From Candidatus Aenigmatarchaeota archaeon (lineage in GTDB: Archaea; Aenigmatarchaeota; Aenigmatarchaeia; PWEA01), in assembly GCA_046539325.1 (NCBI GenBank), contig JBKHHD010000005.1, forward strand, positions 15,248-79,247: 64,000 nucleotides of DNA, read 5' to 3'. Positions 1 to 7,873 of the stretch are shown here, piece after piece (position 1 is the stretch's first letter; each line of letters starts with the position of its first letter). Below the pieces are notes generated by a model that saw only the letters and a list, made by a program, of their open reading frames with translations, searched no databases and was not told where the DNA came from. The translations under genes were made by a program, and so were the position numbers.

Positions 1-2
1 TC

Positions 3-794
3 TTAGTTGACGGAGAGTTGGTCAAAGCGACAGAAATTATCGAAAAAATCGAGGCCCTTAAAGATAAAGTAGAAAGGCTTTCTAATCTTCAAAAAAAGAA
101 GAAGGAAATAGAGGAGGAACTCAACGAGCTCCTGGAGGAAAGAGAAGAGTTAAGACAGGAGCTGGATGAACTTAAAGAAAAGGAGAAAACGGAGGCTATA
201 GAGGAAAAAAGGAAGAAAATTGAACAAGTAGAGAGTAGGGTTGATAATAAGAAGGATGAAATAAGAGGCGAAGTTTCGCCACTGAAAAGAGGCCTGAAGA
301 AGATGAACTATTTCGGCCTTACGGGTGATAATGAAAGGCTGCTGGAAGGGTATATTTCTTCTCCTGTAGAAGCTGCGGAGGAAGACGAAGATATTACCTT
401 CCTGGAAAGTATAGTGGAGAATTTGATGGACAAGCTGAATGAAAAGGAGCTTGACTTTTCGGAGGAGGAAGCTTCGAGGCTCAGGGATGAGGTGAAAAAA
501 ATGGATTTTGGTCGTTTGAATAGGAATCTAAGTTCTCTGCAAGAGTTAAGACAGAGAAAAGAGGACTTGCAGAACTCTGTGGAAGAGTTACGTATGGATA
601 ATAAGAAGGAGGATCTATCCGGTAGCCTGAATAGGAAGGAAGAGGAGATAGAAAGCACAAGGGAGAGGCTTGACAAGCAAAAAAATGAAATTAGCAGCAT
701 GGAAGAGACTGTCAATGAATTGAAGCAGGAAATAGAAAACTCTGTGGAGGATCTGTTAAAAATAGATCTGAATTTAAAAGGTATCGAGCCTTGA
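3..794 (+). CDS. Coiled-coil hypothetical protein (5' partial)
   Basis: Frame is open to the window edge; E/K-rich heptad pattern; overlaps the FEN1 3' end convergently. Confidence 0.7.
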   Translation, partial: LVDGELVKATEIIEKIEALKDKVERLSNLQKKKKEIEEELNELLEEREELRQELDELKEKEKTEAIEEKRKKIEQVESRVDNKKDEIRGEVSPLKRGLKKMNYFGLTGDNERLLEGYISSPVEAAEEDEDITFLESIVENLMDKLNEKELDFSEEEASRLRDEVKKMDFGRLNRNLSSLQELRQRKEDLQNSVEELRMDNKKEDLSGSLNRKEEEIESTRERLDKQKNEISSMEETVNELKQEIENSVEDLLKIDLNLKGIEP

Positions 795-1796
795 CTGAGT
801 ACCTTTATTCCTATTCTTCTTAAGTTTTTCTATAGGCTTTTCTACCCTATCTTCTGAGAAATCATGTTTGTCGCAGAGAAACTCCTTGATCTTATCTTCT
901 TCGGGTCCTCTCCATTCAAGCTCGTAGTCTTCTACAACAGGTGGGTTCATAAAGAAATCAAGGATTTCTTCAGGATTTTCTTCAAATGACCAGTCCACCT
1001 CATTCCCTACAGAGCGTAGATCTCCGTGCTCTTTTACAAGCTCTAAAGCTGTCTTAGGACCGATACCTTTCACACCTCCAGGTGTGTAGTCAGTCCCTAC
1101 CAGTATTCCCATTATTACGAGCTGCTCCCTATTTATCCCTAGCTCCTCTAAAAGCCTTTGCAGCTCTATCTTCTCGGGATTGATTTCCTTGTACTCCTCT
1201 CTGTCTGGCAGCTTCCTCTTGCCCGTTATCGTTAGATTTCTGACGAGAATCGGAGTTCCGAAGAGAAGAGAGTCGAAGTCCTGGCTTCCCACAGCCCATG
1301 CGTCACCTTCTTTGGCCATGTAGGCTGCCTGTGCCTCGCCTTCGCTTGATGCCTGTACCCAGGGTATCCCCATAGCATCCAATAGCTCCTTCGACTGCTC
1401 TATCATCTCGTCCTGAATACTTACTGACTGCTGAGCATATTTCTTAGCTTCCTTTACCTTCCCTTCCTCGAGGGCCTTTTTGTACTTCTCCTTAGCCTCC
1501 TTCCTCTTTTCCCTCCTCTCCTTGTTTACAGTTTCCTTGAACTCAGGAGGCTCTCCGTCGAATACATAGAAAGGCTTTATCTCATTTTCAACCAGCTTTG
1601 TGGTCCTGTAGAAAAGTCCGGATAGGTGTGAAGTTATTCTTCCCTTTGAATCCTTCAGAGGTTCTCCGTCTGGCTGTCTTATTATCGAAAGGAACTGGTA
1701 TAGCATGTTTAGCGCATCCAGACTAAAAGTTCTACCTTTAAATGAATCCAGAGAAGATTCTTCGGGTTCAACAAGGTCCGCGATGTCCACACCCAT
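774..1796 (-). CDS. fen: Flap endonuclease 1
   Basis: MGVDI, DALNMLYQFLSIIRQPDG, EGEAQAA, SQDFDSLLFG, GTDY..GVKGIGPKTAL, C-terminal PIP box QSRLDTF. Confidence 0.97.
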   Translation of the reverse strand: MGVDIADLVEPEESSLDSFKGRTFSLDALNMLYQFLSIIRQPDGEPLKDSKGRITSHLSGLFYRTTKLVENEIKPFYVFDGEPPEFKETVNKERREKRKEAKEKYKKALEEGKVKEAKKYAQQSVSIQDEMIEQSKELLDAMGIPWVQASSEGEAQAAYMAKEGDAWAVGSQDFDSLLFGTPILVRNLTITGKRKLPDREEYKEINPEKIELQRLLEELGINREQLVIMGILVGTDYTPGGVKGIGPKTALELVKEHGDLRSVGNEVDWSFEENPEEILDFFMNPPVVEDYELEWRGPEEDKIKEFLCDKHDFSEDRVEKPIEKLKKNRNKGTQSRLDTF

Positions 1797-1819
1797 AGGC
1801 CATCAAGAAGGTCTCTGCT

Positions 1820-2365
1820 CTACTCGTACTCGCCCTTGAGATTCACGTAGCTCTGCGCCATCTTCTCCATAACCTGTCTGTCCTGTTCCTGGAGTTCTCT
1901 TACTTTTTCTGCAGGACTTCCACTGTATACGGAGTTAGGCTCGGTTTCAGTTCCAGGCGGTAGAAGGCTTCCCGCGCCGATTATGTTGTTCCTTTTTATC
2001 TTACTGTGGTGTAGTGCGGTGACGTTTATGCCTATCATAACGTTGTCAGCAACATCACAGCCGTCGAGTACGGTTCCATGGGCAACGGTAACGTTGTCGC
2101 CTATGGTTACACCTTCCTTGGAGTTCGGGTGAATTACTACGTTGTCCTGTATATTCGTGTTGTCACCTATCTCCACCTTACCGATATCTGCCCGTATGAC
2201 TGTACCGGGCCAGATAGAACTGTCCTCGCCTATCTCAACGTCGCCTATCAAAACGGCGTCAGGAGCTACCCATGCACTTTTAGCTACTCTTGGATAAGGA
2301 CTTTCGGTAGAGCTTCCGCTTTTCTGTGAAGCTGAGAAAAAACTCTCCTTTAGTTTTCTTAACAC
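1820..2365 (-). CDS. Gamma-carbonic anhydrase family (hexapeptide repeat) protein
   Basis: LIGDVEIGEDSSIWPGTVIRAD, TNIQDNVVIH, GSPA.KVR. Confidence 0.9.
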   Translation of the reverse strand: MLRKLKESFFSASQKSGSSTESPYPRVAKSAWVAPDAVLIGDVEIGEDSSIWPGTVIRADIGKVEIGDNTNIQDNVVIHPNSKEGVTIGDNVTVAHGTVLDGCDVADNVMIGINVTALHHSKIKRNNIIGAGSLLPPGTETEPNSVYSGSPAEKVRELQEQDRQVMEKMAQSYVNLKGEYE

Positions 2366-2424
2366 ACTATCCCCTTTGTTACCTTAAACAACTACCTTTT
2401 TAAATATTTCTGAAGTTCCTTGAT

Positions 2425-2787
2425 TTACTCATTTTCGTAGGTGTTTTCCCTGTTTCCTTTGAGGGTAAAACCATCTTCTATTGCGTCTTGGTAGGCTATC
2501 TGGAGGGCAGCCATATATTTTCCGGCTAACTCCTTCTCAGGGAATTCTTTCCACATGTCTCTAATATCAATCTCTTCTTCTGAAAACTTTCTGCAGTCTT
2601 CATCGTATGGTTTGAAATCCTCTATGTGGACACTTTCATTCTCTACCTTTAAACCAAGGATATCTGTTTTGAGATTTATTCCTTCCTCGGATAACATCTT
2701 TCTGAAATATTCTGCTCCTTCAGGGCATTCTACATAAGCGATTCCCAGAACACGATTACCATTGGCCAGTTTTCCTTCTTCACTCAT
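2425..2787 (-). CDS. Hypothetical protein
   Basis: 120-aa ORF preceded by a GGAGGTGA ribosome-binding site; no recognisable motif. Confidence 0.65.
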   Translation of the reverse strand: MSEEGKLANGNRVLGIAYVECPEGAEYFRKMLSEEGINLKTDILGLKVENESVHIEDFKPYDEDCRKFSEEEIDIRDMWKEFPEKELAGKYMAALQIAYQDAIEDGFTLKGNRENTYENE

Positions 2788-2860
2788 ATTTTCACCTCCT
2801 TAGGCGTCAATTCCAGAAAAACCTTCTTCGTTAAAGTATTTAAATCTTGAAAATTCCGCC

Positions 2861-3229
2861 TCAGTAAAAATGAAAGTGTGCCTCGCAGGAACAGTCCGAG
2901 GATCCGAAGCCTTCCACGGGCGTTTCCTCACATATCTCTGAAACAATTCCGTTCAGCTTACATTCTATGTCTTGCTTCGTTCTGAACTTGACCGTCCCAA
3001 CGACCTCTCCTTCCTCAAGAAAGTAGTCGATGTGCCAGTGCTTTTTCTTGTTATTGGATAGATGTCTCTCAACTCTTTTGTCTAGGTTGTTCATACCTGA
3101 GCCGACGTAAAGGTAAAGACCTGACTTGAAATGAAAGCTTCCTAGTCTGCCTATATCTATCTTCCCCTTCTCGTCAAGTCTAAGGAAGAGGATGTATGAG
3201 CCTTTGGAAAGCTTGTCTTTTTCTGGCAT
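2861..3229 (-). CDS. GIY-YIG (Uri/DUF123) endonuclease family protein
   Basis: GSYIL...YLYVGSG..NL..RVERH, HWHIDYFL, GFGSSDCSC.AH. Confidence 0.9.
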   Translation of the reverse strand: MPEKDKLSKGSYILFLRLDEKGKIDIGRLGSFHFKSGLYLYVGSGMNNLDKRVERHLSNNKKKHWHIDYFLEEGEVVGTVKFRTKQDIECKLNGIVSEICEETPVEGFGSSDCSCEAHFHFY

Positions 3230-3235
3230 CTAGCT

Positions 3236-3727
3236 TCATGAATTTTCTTTTTCGAGCCTCTTTTCTATAGCTTCTTCAACACTCACGAGGTTTACTACGT
3301 CCTCTTTGTTATACATAAGGAGCTTTCGGAGAGCTTCCTTACATTCTTCTCTCTGATACTTCTTCCAGAGGCGAACTGCCTCGGAACCGCCGCAGACCCC
3401 AGAGTTCCTTCCAACACCTATCTCCTTCTCTATCTTCTTCAGACCGCCCTTCAACCCAACTTTCCAGCCCAAATACATTAGATCCTTGTGGTTTCCGTTT
3501 AACTCTATATTGTACTTTTTCTGGAGAAACGGAACGTCGAACCGTTTTCCGTTGTACGTAACCACACATCCAGCTTTTTCCAGAAGTTCGTAGAGGTTGT
3601 CCTCACATAGATTTCTTCCCTTCACCAGCTGGTAAACCTCGTCACCGTCGTAGGCACCGACAACCGTAACTTTGTGCCTTTCCTTGCTGAGGCCTGTCGT
3701 CTCTATATCCAGATATAACTTCTTCAT
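3236..3727 (-). CDS. YprB-like RNase H-fold (DnaQ-like) exonuclease
   Basis: LDIETTG, TYNGKRFDVPFL, GGLKKIEKEIG, YNKEDV. Confidence 0.9.
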   Translation of the reverse strand: MKKLYLDIETTGLSKERHKVTVVGAYDGDEVYQLVKGRNLCEDNLYELLEKAGCVVTYNGKRFDVPFLQKKYNIELNGNHKDLMYLGWKVGLKGGLKKIEKEIGVGRNSGVCGGSEAVRLWKKYQREECKEALRKLLMYNKEDVVNLVSVEEAIEKRLEKENS

Positions 3728-3798
3728 GGTACTCAGAAAAATTATTACGCCTCATTTAAATAAAATATCTATAGCTTTTTAGGCTTAAACTCTAAACT

Positions 3799-3990
3799 AT
3801 GCTCATGCCGGAAAAAGTTTTTTATCATCGCTGTCCGGACTGTGGCTTCAAGCAGAAGTCGAAGGCAGAGAAGCGGATCAAATGCCACAACTGCGGCGCC
3901 ACCTACAAGGAGAAAACGAATCGCTGTGATCCCCCAAAGCCGAAGGACAAGGACGGGAAGTTCAGAAGGGCCAGTGATATAGATGGCTGA
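3799..3990 (+). CDS. Small zinc-ribbon protein
   Basis: CPDC...CHNC pairs; overlaps the next start (translational coupling). Confidence 0.65.
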   Translation: MLMPEKVFYHRCPDCGFKQKSKAEKRIKCHNCGATYKEKTNRCDPPKPKDKDGKFRRASDIDG

Positions 3991-4834
3991 ATCCATAGAC
4001 CTAAAGGACAAACCGCTAGATCTGAAGAAGACATTGGAATGTGGCCAGACCTTTTCCTGGAGGAAGATCAAAGAGAACGGAAAAAACAAGTACGTGACTG
4101 TAAGGAACGGCGGAGTTCTGGAGGTCTGGCAGGACGGAGACGAGCTTCTATATGAGAACTACGGGAACGAGATCGACCTCAGGAAGGCCCTGCGCCTGGA
4201 GGATCCCCTGGAAGAAATATACAAAAAAATAGACAGGGACGGTTTCATCCATAGATCTATAAAGGCTAACCGTGGCTTCCGCCTTGTCAGGGACGAATTT
4301 TTCCCGTGTCTTATAGCCTACATAACCTCGGCACAGATGCAGATACCACGTATAAGGAGGGTCCAGAGAGACATCGAGAACAGATACGGACGGCCGCTGA
4401 GGTTCGACGGCGAGGAGTACTACGAGTTTCCTGAGTCAGGGGAACTGACCGAAGTTTCGGAGGAAGAGCTGAGAGAACTTAGCATAGGTTACAGAGCGGA
4501 GTACGTAAAGAGGAGCGCGGAGATGGTCAGAGACGGAGTGGTCAAGGAGAAACAACTGAGGAAAATGGACTACAAACAAGCAAGAGAAGAGCTGAAGATG
4601 CTTTCGGGCGTCGGGAACAAGGTCGCGGACTGTGTGTTGCTGTTTGCTCTGGATTTTACAGAGGCGTTTCCAATAGACACCTGGATAAAGAAGGTCATCA
4701 AGAAGAAGTATCCGGACCTGTACAGCAAGAACTACGGAGAGCTCTCAGAAAACATGCGGAGCTACTTCGGGGAGTACGCAGGCTATGCACAGGAGTACCT
4801 CTTCTACTACGGGAGAACTTGTATGGACCTATGA
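3983..4834 (+). CDS. 8-oxoguanine DNA glycosylase (OGG1/AlkA HhH-GPD family)
   Basis: TLECGQTFSW, IGYRAEY, GVGNKVADCVLLF, FPIDTW, YAGYAQEYLF. Confidence 0.92.
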   Translation: MAESIDLKDKPLDLKKTLECGQTFSWRKIKENGKNKYVTVRNGGVLEVWQDGDELLYENYGNEIDLRKALRLEDPLEEIYKKIDRDGFIHRSIKANRGFRLVRDEFFPCLIAYITSAQMQIPRIRRVQRDIENRYGRPLRFDGEEYYEFPESGELTEVSEEELRELSIGYRAEYVKRSAEMVRDGVVKEKQLRKMDYKQAREELKMLSGVGNKVADCVLLFALDFTEAFPIDTWIKKVIKKKYPDLYSKNYGELSENMRSYFGEYAGYAQEYLFYYGRTCMDL

Positions 4835-4876
4835 CAACCAAAACAAATAAGTTCTTTGGTTGTGCTATTTTTACTT

Positions 4877-5215
4877 ATGGGGGACTTTGTCAACGATTAC
4901 GAAGAGGCAGCGGAAGTTTTGAGAGAGTTACTAAGCGATAGACCGATGCAGGTGACAAGGCTTTACGAAACCTTTGTGGATGAAGCGAATTCTGAAATAG
5001 GTAAACAAACTTTCAACAGGGCAATTGAGGAACTGAAAGGTAAGGGAGAGATAAAACAGTATAAGTGGCGTGAATTGATCGAGGAATATGAAAGAGTATC
5101 AGACCCACCGCGCGGAAGGAAGCCGGCTGAGAGAGTTATAGTTACTTCTCAAGAAGACGAAAAAGAATTAAATAAAATAATGAGAGAATACACAAGAAGG
5201 AAATGCCGGGCTTAA
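4877..5215 (+). CDS. Hypothetical protein, possibly winged-helix
   Basis: ATG at 4877 preferred; helix-helix-strand pattern (TFNRAIEELKGKGEI). Confidence 0.55.
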   Translation: MGDFVNDYEEAAEVLRELLSDRPMQVTRLYETFVDEANSEIGKQTFNRAIEELKGKGEIKQYKWRELIEEYERVSDPPRGRKPAERVIVTSQEDEKELNKIMREYTRRKCRA

Positions 5216-5219
5216 GTGT

Positions 5220-5408
5220 GCGCCTGTGGTCTAGTCTGGCCTAGAGAATTGCGTGATGGAAACTGACGTAGATGTAATCTACGTCTTCGTTCGCGCTCTT
5301 TGGGTAAGACTCGAGCCTCCCATGCTCGAAACCCGGGTTCAAAGGGCCCTTTTAGAAAAAGCGTCCACGAAAAAGACGCAGGGTCGGGAAATCCCGGCAG
5401 GCGCACCA
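5220..5408 (+). tRNA. tRNA-Gly(CCC) with two introns (5245-5307 at 22/23; 5344-5391 at 59/60)
   Basis: Spliced sequence folds as GCGCCTG TG GTCT AGTCTGGCCTA GGAC T CGAGC CT-CCC-AT GCTCG AAAC CCGGG TTCAAAT CCCGG CAGGCGC A CCA; both introns have bulge-helix-bulge junctions. Confidence 0.9.
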
Positions 5409-5423
5409 TTCCACCTTACTTTT

Positions 5424-6275
5424 TTATTCAATTACCTCGTCGGGTACTTGACATGTTTCCTCGTTTCCTGTAGAAGTCCACTGACATTCCAAACCAGAAC
5501 AACAGTCTTCATCATTGTCGCATACTTCATCTGCATCTGCACATACTTTTGTAAAGTTCGCTGTGATAGACATATCCTGGAAAACGGTGAGTGTACAGGG
5601 ATTCGCAAATTGCCCGTCTTCACAGTGTGTACCATCTCCTTTCCATTGGTTAAAACCGTAATCATCATCCTCGGCTTCAGCTTCAATGGTCACCTCTTCG
5701 CCTGTTTGAGGATACTTATGCTCACCGGGTTCAGGAATTGTTGTCCCAACTCCTCCTGTTTCCACAGTTATGTCTAGGATATATGGTTCCTGAAAAGACA
5801 CCTTAACACTTCTATTCGTAGACATCGTGACATTGCATTCGTTCCCTTCTGATTCATCACAACCAAGAAGTGCACCCATTATATAATCTTCATTTGGGTA
5901 AGCTGTTAGTTCTACCTTCGTGTCTTCCTCATATTCGTACTTCCCGTTTACTCGTTCTCCCTCGGGGTCTAGGCTTGTATCCCCACCCTCTTCTGGGTAG
6001 GGCGTTATGTTTAGATACTTGTAATTCTCACTTTCACCATTTTCTTCATTGTCTCCTTCGTTACCCTCGTCTCCACCGTCATTGTCTCCTGTTCCATCCT
6101 CACTGCCGCCTCCTAAATCGAGACTTGAATCCTCGTCGAACAATTTCTCCTGCGTTTCATTAATCGGCGAAGTGTCAAAACTTGTCCTGAAGAAAGCAAT
6201 GAGTCCAAGCATGACAATACTTAACAGCACTATAGTCACAACAGGTTTTATACCGAAGGATCCTTTGTCTTTCAT
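5424..6275 (-). CDS. Pilin-like adhesin with two InlB B-repeat-like domains and a C-terminal knottin-like motif
   Basis: MKDKG|SFG class III signal + hydrophobic helix; two YxLxI..GG/G...VxLTA/IEA..Y...C.VT/LT...F repeats; C-X6-C-X5-CC-X4-C-X10-C tail. Confidence 0.75.
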   Translation of the reverse strand: MKDKGSFGIKPVVTIVLLSIVMLGLIAFFRTSFDTSPINETQEKLFDEDSSLDLGGGSEDGTGDNDGGDEGNEGDNEENGESENYKYLNITPYPEEGGDTSLDPEGERVNGKYEYEEDTKVELTAYPNEDYIMGALLGCDESEGNECNVTMSTNRSVKVSFQEPYILDITVETGGVGTTIPEPGEHKYPQTGEEVTIEAEAEDDDYGFNQWKGDGTHCEDGQFANPCTLTVFQDMSITANFTKVCADADEVCDNDEDCCSGLECQWTSTGNEETCQVPDEVIE

Positions 6276-6355
6276 ACACAACTCCTTATATTATACCTAC
6301 TTGTTAGTTTTTTAATAGTTTGTTATAAGAACGCTTTGATAATTCTATAGGCTCT

Positions 6356-6709
6356 TTAGTAATTTTCGCAAGGTCTACAAGCCACTTCAATACATACATC
6401 GGAATACTGGCCACAATCTCTTTCGTGTGTACAACCATCCTGGGTTTTGGGACACGTACTTTCTGTTATATTCCAACTACTGCATACATCCTCACAGTTT
6501 ATATTATCGCCTCCATTTCCATCATTTTCTTCACCACCTCCTTCCCCGTCTTCATCTCCGTTTGTCAGGTTGCTTTCAATTTCTTTGAAGGGTGAATTAT
6601 CCCAGCCATCTAGTAAAAGGGTTGCTGCTGCTGCTAGGACTATTATCATAATAATTAAACCAAGGAGGCTGCTTATAGTAAATTCAAAACCTTTACTTGA
6701 AGAGATCAT
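6356..6709 (-). CDS. Pilin-like protein with 8-Cys C-terminal domain
   Basis: SSKG|FEFT + hydrophobic helix; acidic G/E linker; 8 Cys. Confidence 0.75.
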   Translation of the reverse strand: MISSSKGFEFTISSLLGLIIMIIVLAAAATLLLDGWDNSPFKEIESNLTNGDEDGEGGGEENDGNGGDNINCEDVCSSWNITESTCPKTQDGCTHERDCGQYSDVCIEVACRPCENY

Positions 6710-6971
6710 TGTGCCTGTCTGTTTGGATTTCCTGTCTTCTGATCAATTTTCCATGCGGGGTTATCTGATGAATATCATAATGGGTAGGTGAAATGGATAG
6801 CTCAGGTAAAAGATCTTCAGCATCGCTTGCAGTTTCGTTTACTGCTTCTTCTTTCCAGGCAGAGGTGAAAAGTGCGACGATGGCCAGGAGCACTATTATA
6901 GCCAGTGTCAGGACAACCACAGCCTTAATAGGCATCGATACTCCTTTTGAAAGTTCAGTATTTTTCTTCAT
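6693..6971 (-). CDS. Small pilin-like protein
   Basis: MKKNTELSKG|VSMPI + hydrophobic helix; ATG overlaps the upstream TGA (ATGA). Confidence 0.7.
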   Translation of the reverse strand: MKKNTELSKGVSMPIKAVVVLTLAIIVLLAIVALFTSAWKEEAVNETASDAEDLLPELSISPTHYDIHQITPHGKLIRRQEIQTDRHNDLFK

Positions 6972-7255
6972 GTTGGTCCTGTCCCTCCACGGCAACAGAT
7001 TGCATCTATTTCGCCCCAATCATCATTCCATTCTTGTTCCTCAATTTCGGTGCATCTATCCGGACCGTTTGTACAACATCCAATTTCCTCGTATTCCTGA
7101 CAAATAGTTCCTCTGTCTCCAGTTTCATTCAAATCACCGAGCATACCTTCCGCCGGTTCCATAGCTCCTCCCAAGACTACCGCAAGGACTATGATTGCTA
7201 GTATTAAGCCTGGGAGTGCAGTTTTCCAGCTCAAACCCTTTTTTCTCATCATCAT
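6968..7255 (-). CDS. Small pilin-like protein with 6-Cys motif
   Basis: RKKG|LSWK + helix; CQEYEEIGCC...RC...W...CC. Confidence 0.75.
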   Translation of the reverse strand: MMMRKKGLSWKTALPGLILAIIVLAVVLGGAMEPAEGMLGDLNETGDRGTICQEYEEIGCCTNGPDRCTEIEEQEWNDDWGEIDAICCRGGTGPT

Positions 7256-7283
7256 AAAGTTACCTCTTCTAATTTAAAATCCT

Positions 7284-7547
7284 TTATGTCATAGTCTCGT
7301 CGCAGCAAAATTCAAAGGGATCCTCTTCTCTTTCCCAGCCCAGTTGATCTTGTTGACATCTCTCTAAGTCTGGTTCCTGGCAGCAGCCCCTCCTTACATA
7401 CTCTATGCAGTCATTAGCTCCCTCATGGACGTCGTTCGTCTCATCTCCTCCAAGGGAAAGTGCTAAAAGCAGCACAACAATTACAGCTGAAATCAGAACT
7501 AACCCACGTTTCGAGATCTTTACCTTTGTACCAGGTATCTTGGGCAT
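7284..7547 (-). CDS. Small pilin-like protein with 6-Cys motif (paralog of 6968-7255)
   Basis: Start moved to ATG 7547; SKRG|LVLI + helix; CIEYVRRGCC...RC...W...CC. Confidence 0.7.
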   Translation of the reverse strand: MPKIPGTKVKISKRGLVLISAVIVVLLLALSLGGDETNDVHEGANDCIEYVRRGCCQEPDLERCQQDQLGWEREEDPFEFCCDETMT

Positions 7548-7584
7548 GGTTAGACAATGGCCCTTATAGTTTAAAACTTTTTGC

Positions 7585-7749
7585 TTAGAAAGGGACGAGG
7601 GCATCGAGAAAGTCGAGCAAACCGTCGATGTTTGCACTTATCGCACCTGTTATTCCTTCAGCAATGATAAACATCACTAGTAAGGCGAGGACCACGTAAA
7701 CAACTAATTCCATGGCCTTAATTCCTTTTTTACCTGAAAACCAGTCCAT
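7585..7749 (-). CDS. 54-aa Flp-like pilin (candidate major pilin; not in ORF track)
   Basis: Manual translation MDWFSGKKG|IKAMELVVYVVLALLVMFIIAEGITGAISANIDGLLDFLDALVPF; Glu at +5; TATA-like TTTAAA about 30 bp upstream. Confidence 0.8.
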   Translation of the reverse strand: MDWFSGKKGIKAMELVVYVVLALLVMFIIAEGITGAISANIDGLLDFLDALVPF

Positions 7750-7772
7750 GCCTAATTATAGTTAACTTTGTT

Positions 7773-7801
7773 TTTTAAGTTTAAAGTGAAATCATTGCAT
7801 G
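7773..7801. repeat. 29-bp direct repeat, copy 1 (contains a putative TATA box on the minus strand)
   Basis: ttttaagtttaaagtgaaatcattgcatg; 27/29 identical to 10165-10193. Confidence 0.85.
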
Positions 7802-7873
7802 TAACCATGATTTTTCTAGAAATGTTCCGATCTCCTTCTTATCAAATCCTAAACGATGAAAAGCTACGTAAAT

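Noticed and set aside
5212-5777. ORFs 5212-5409(-) and 5253-5777(+)
   Set aside because: They overlap the intron-containing tRNA-Gly and the antisense strand of a pilin gene
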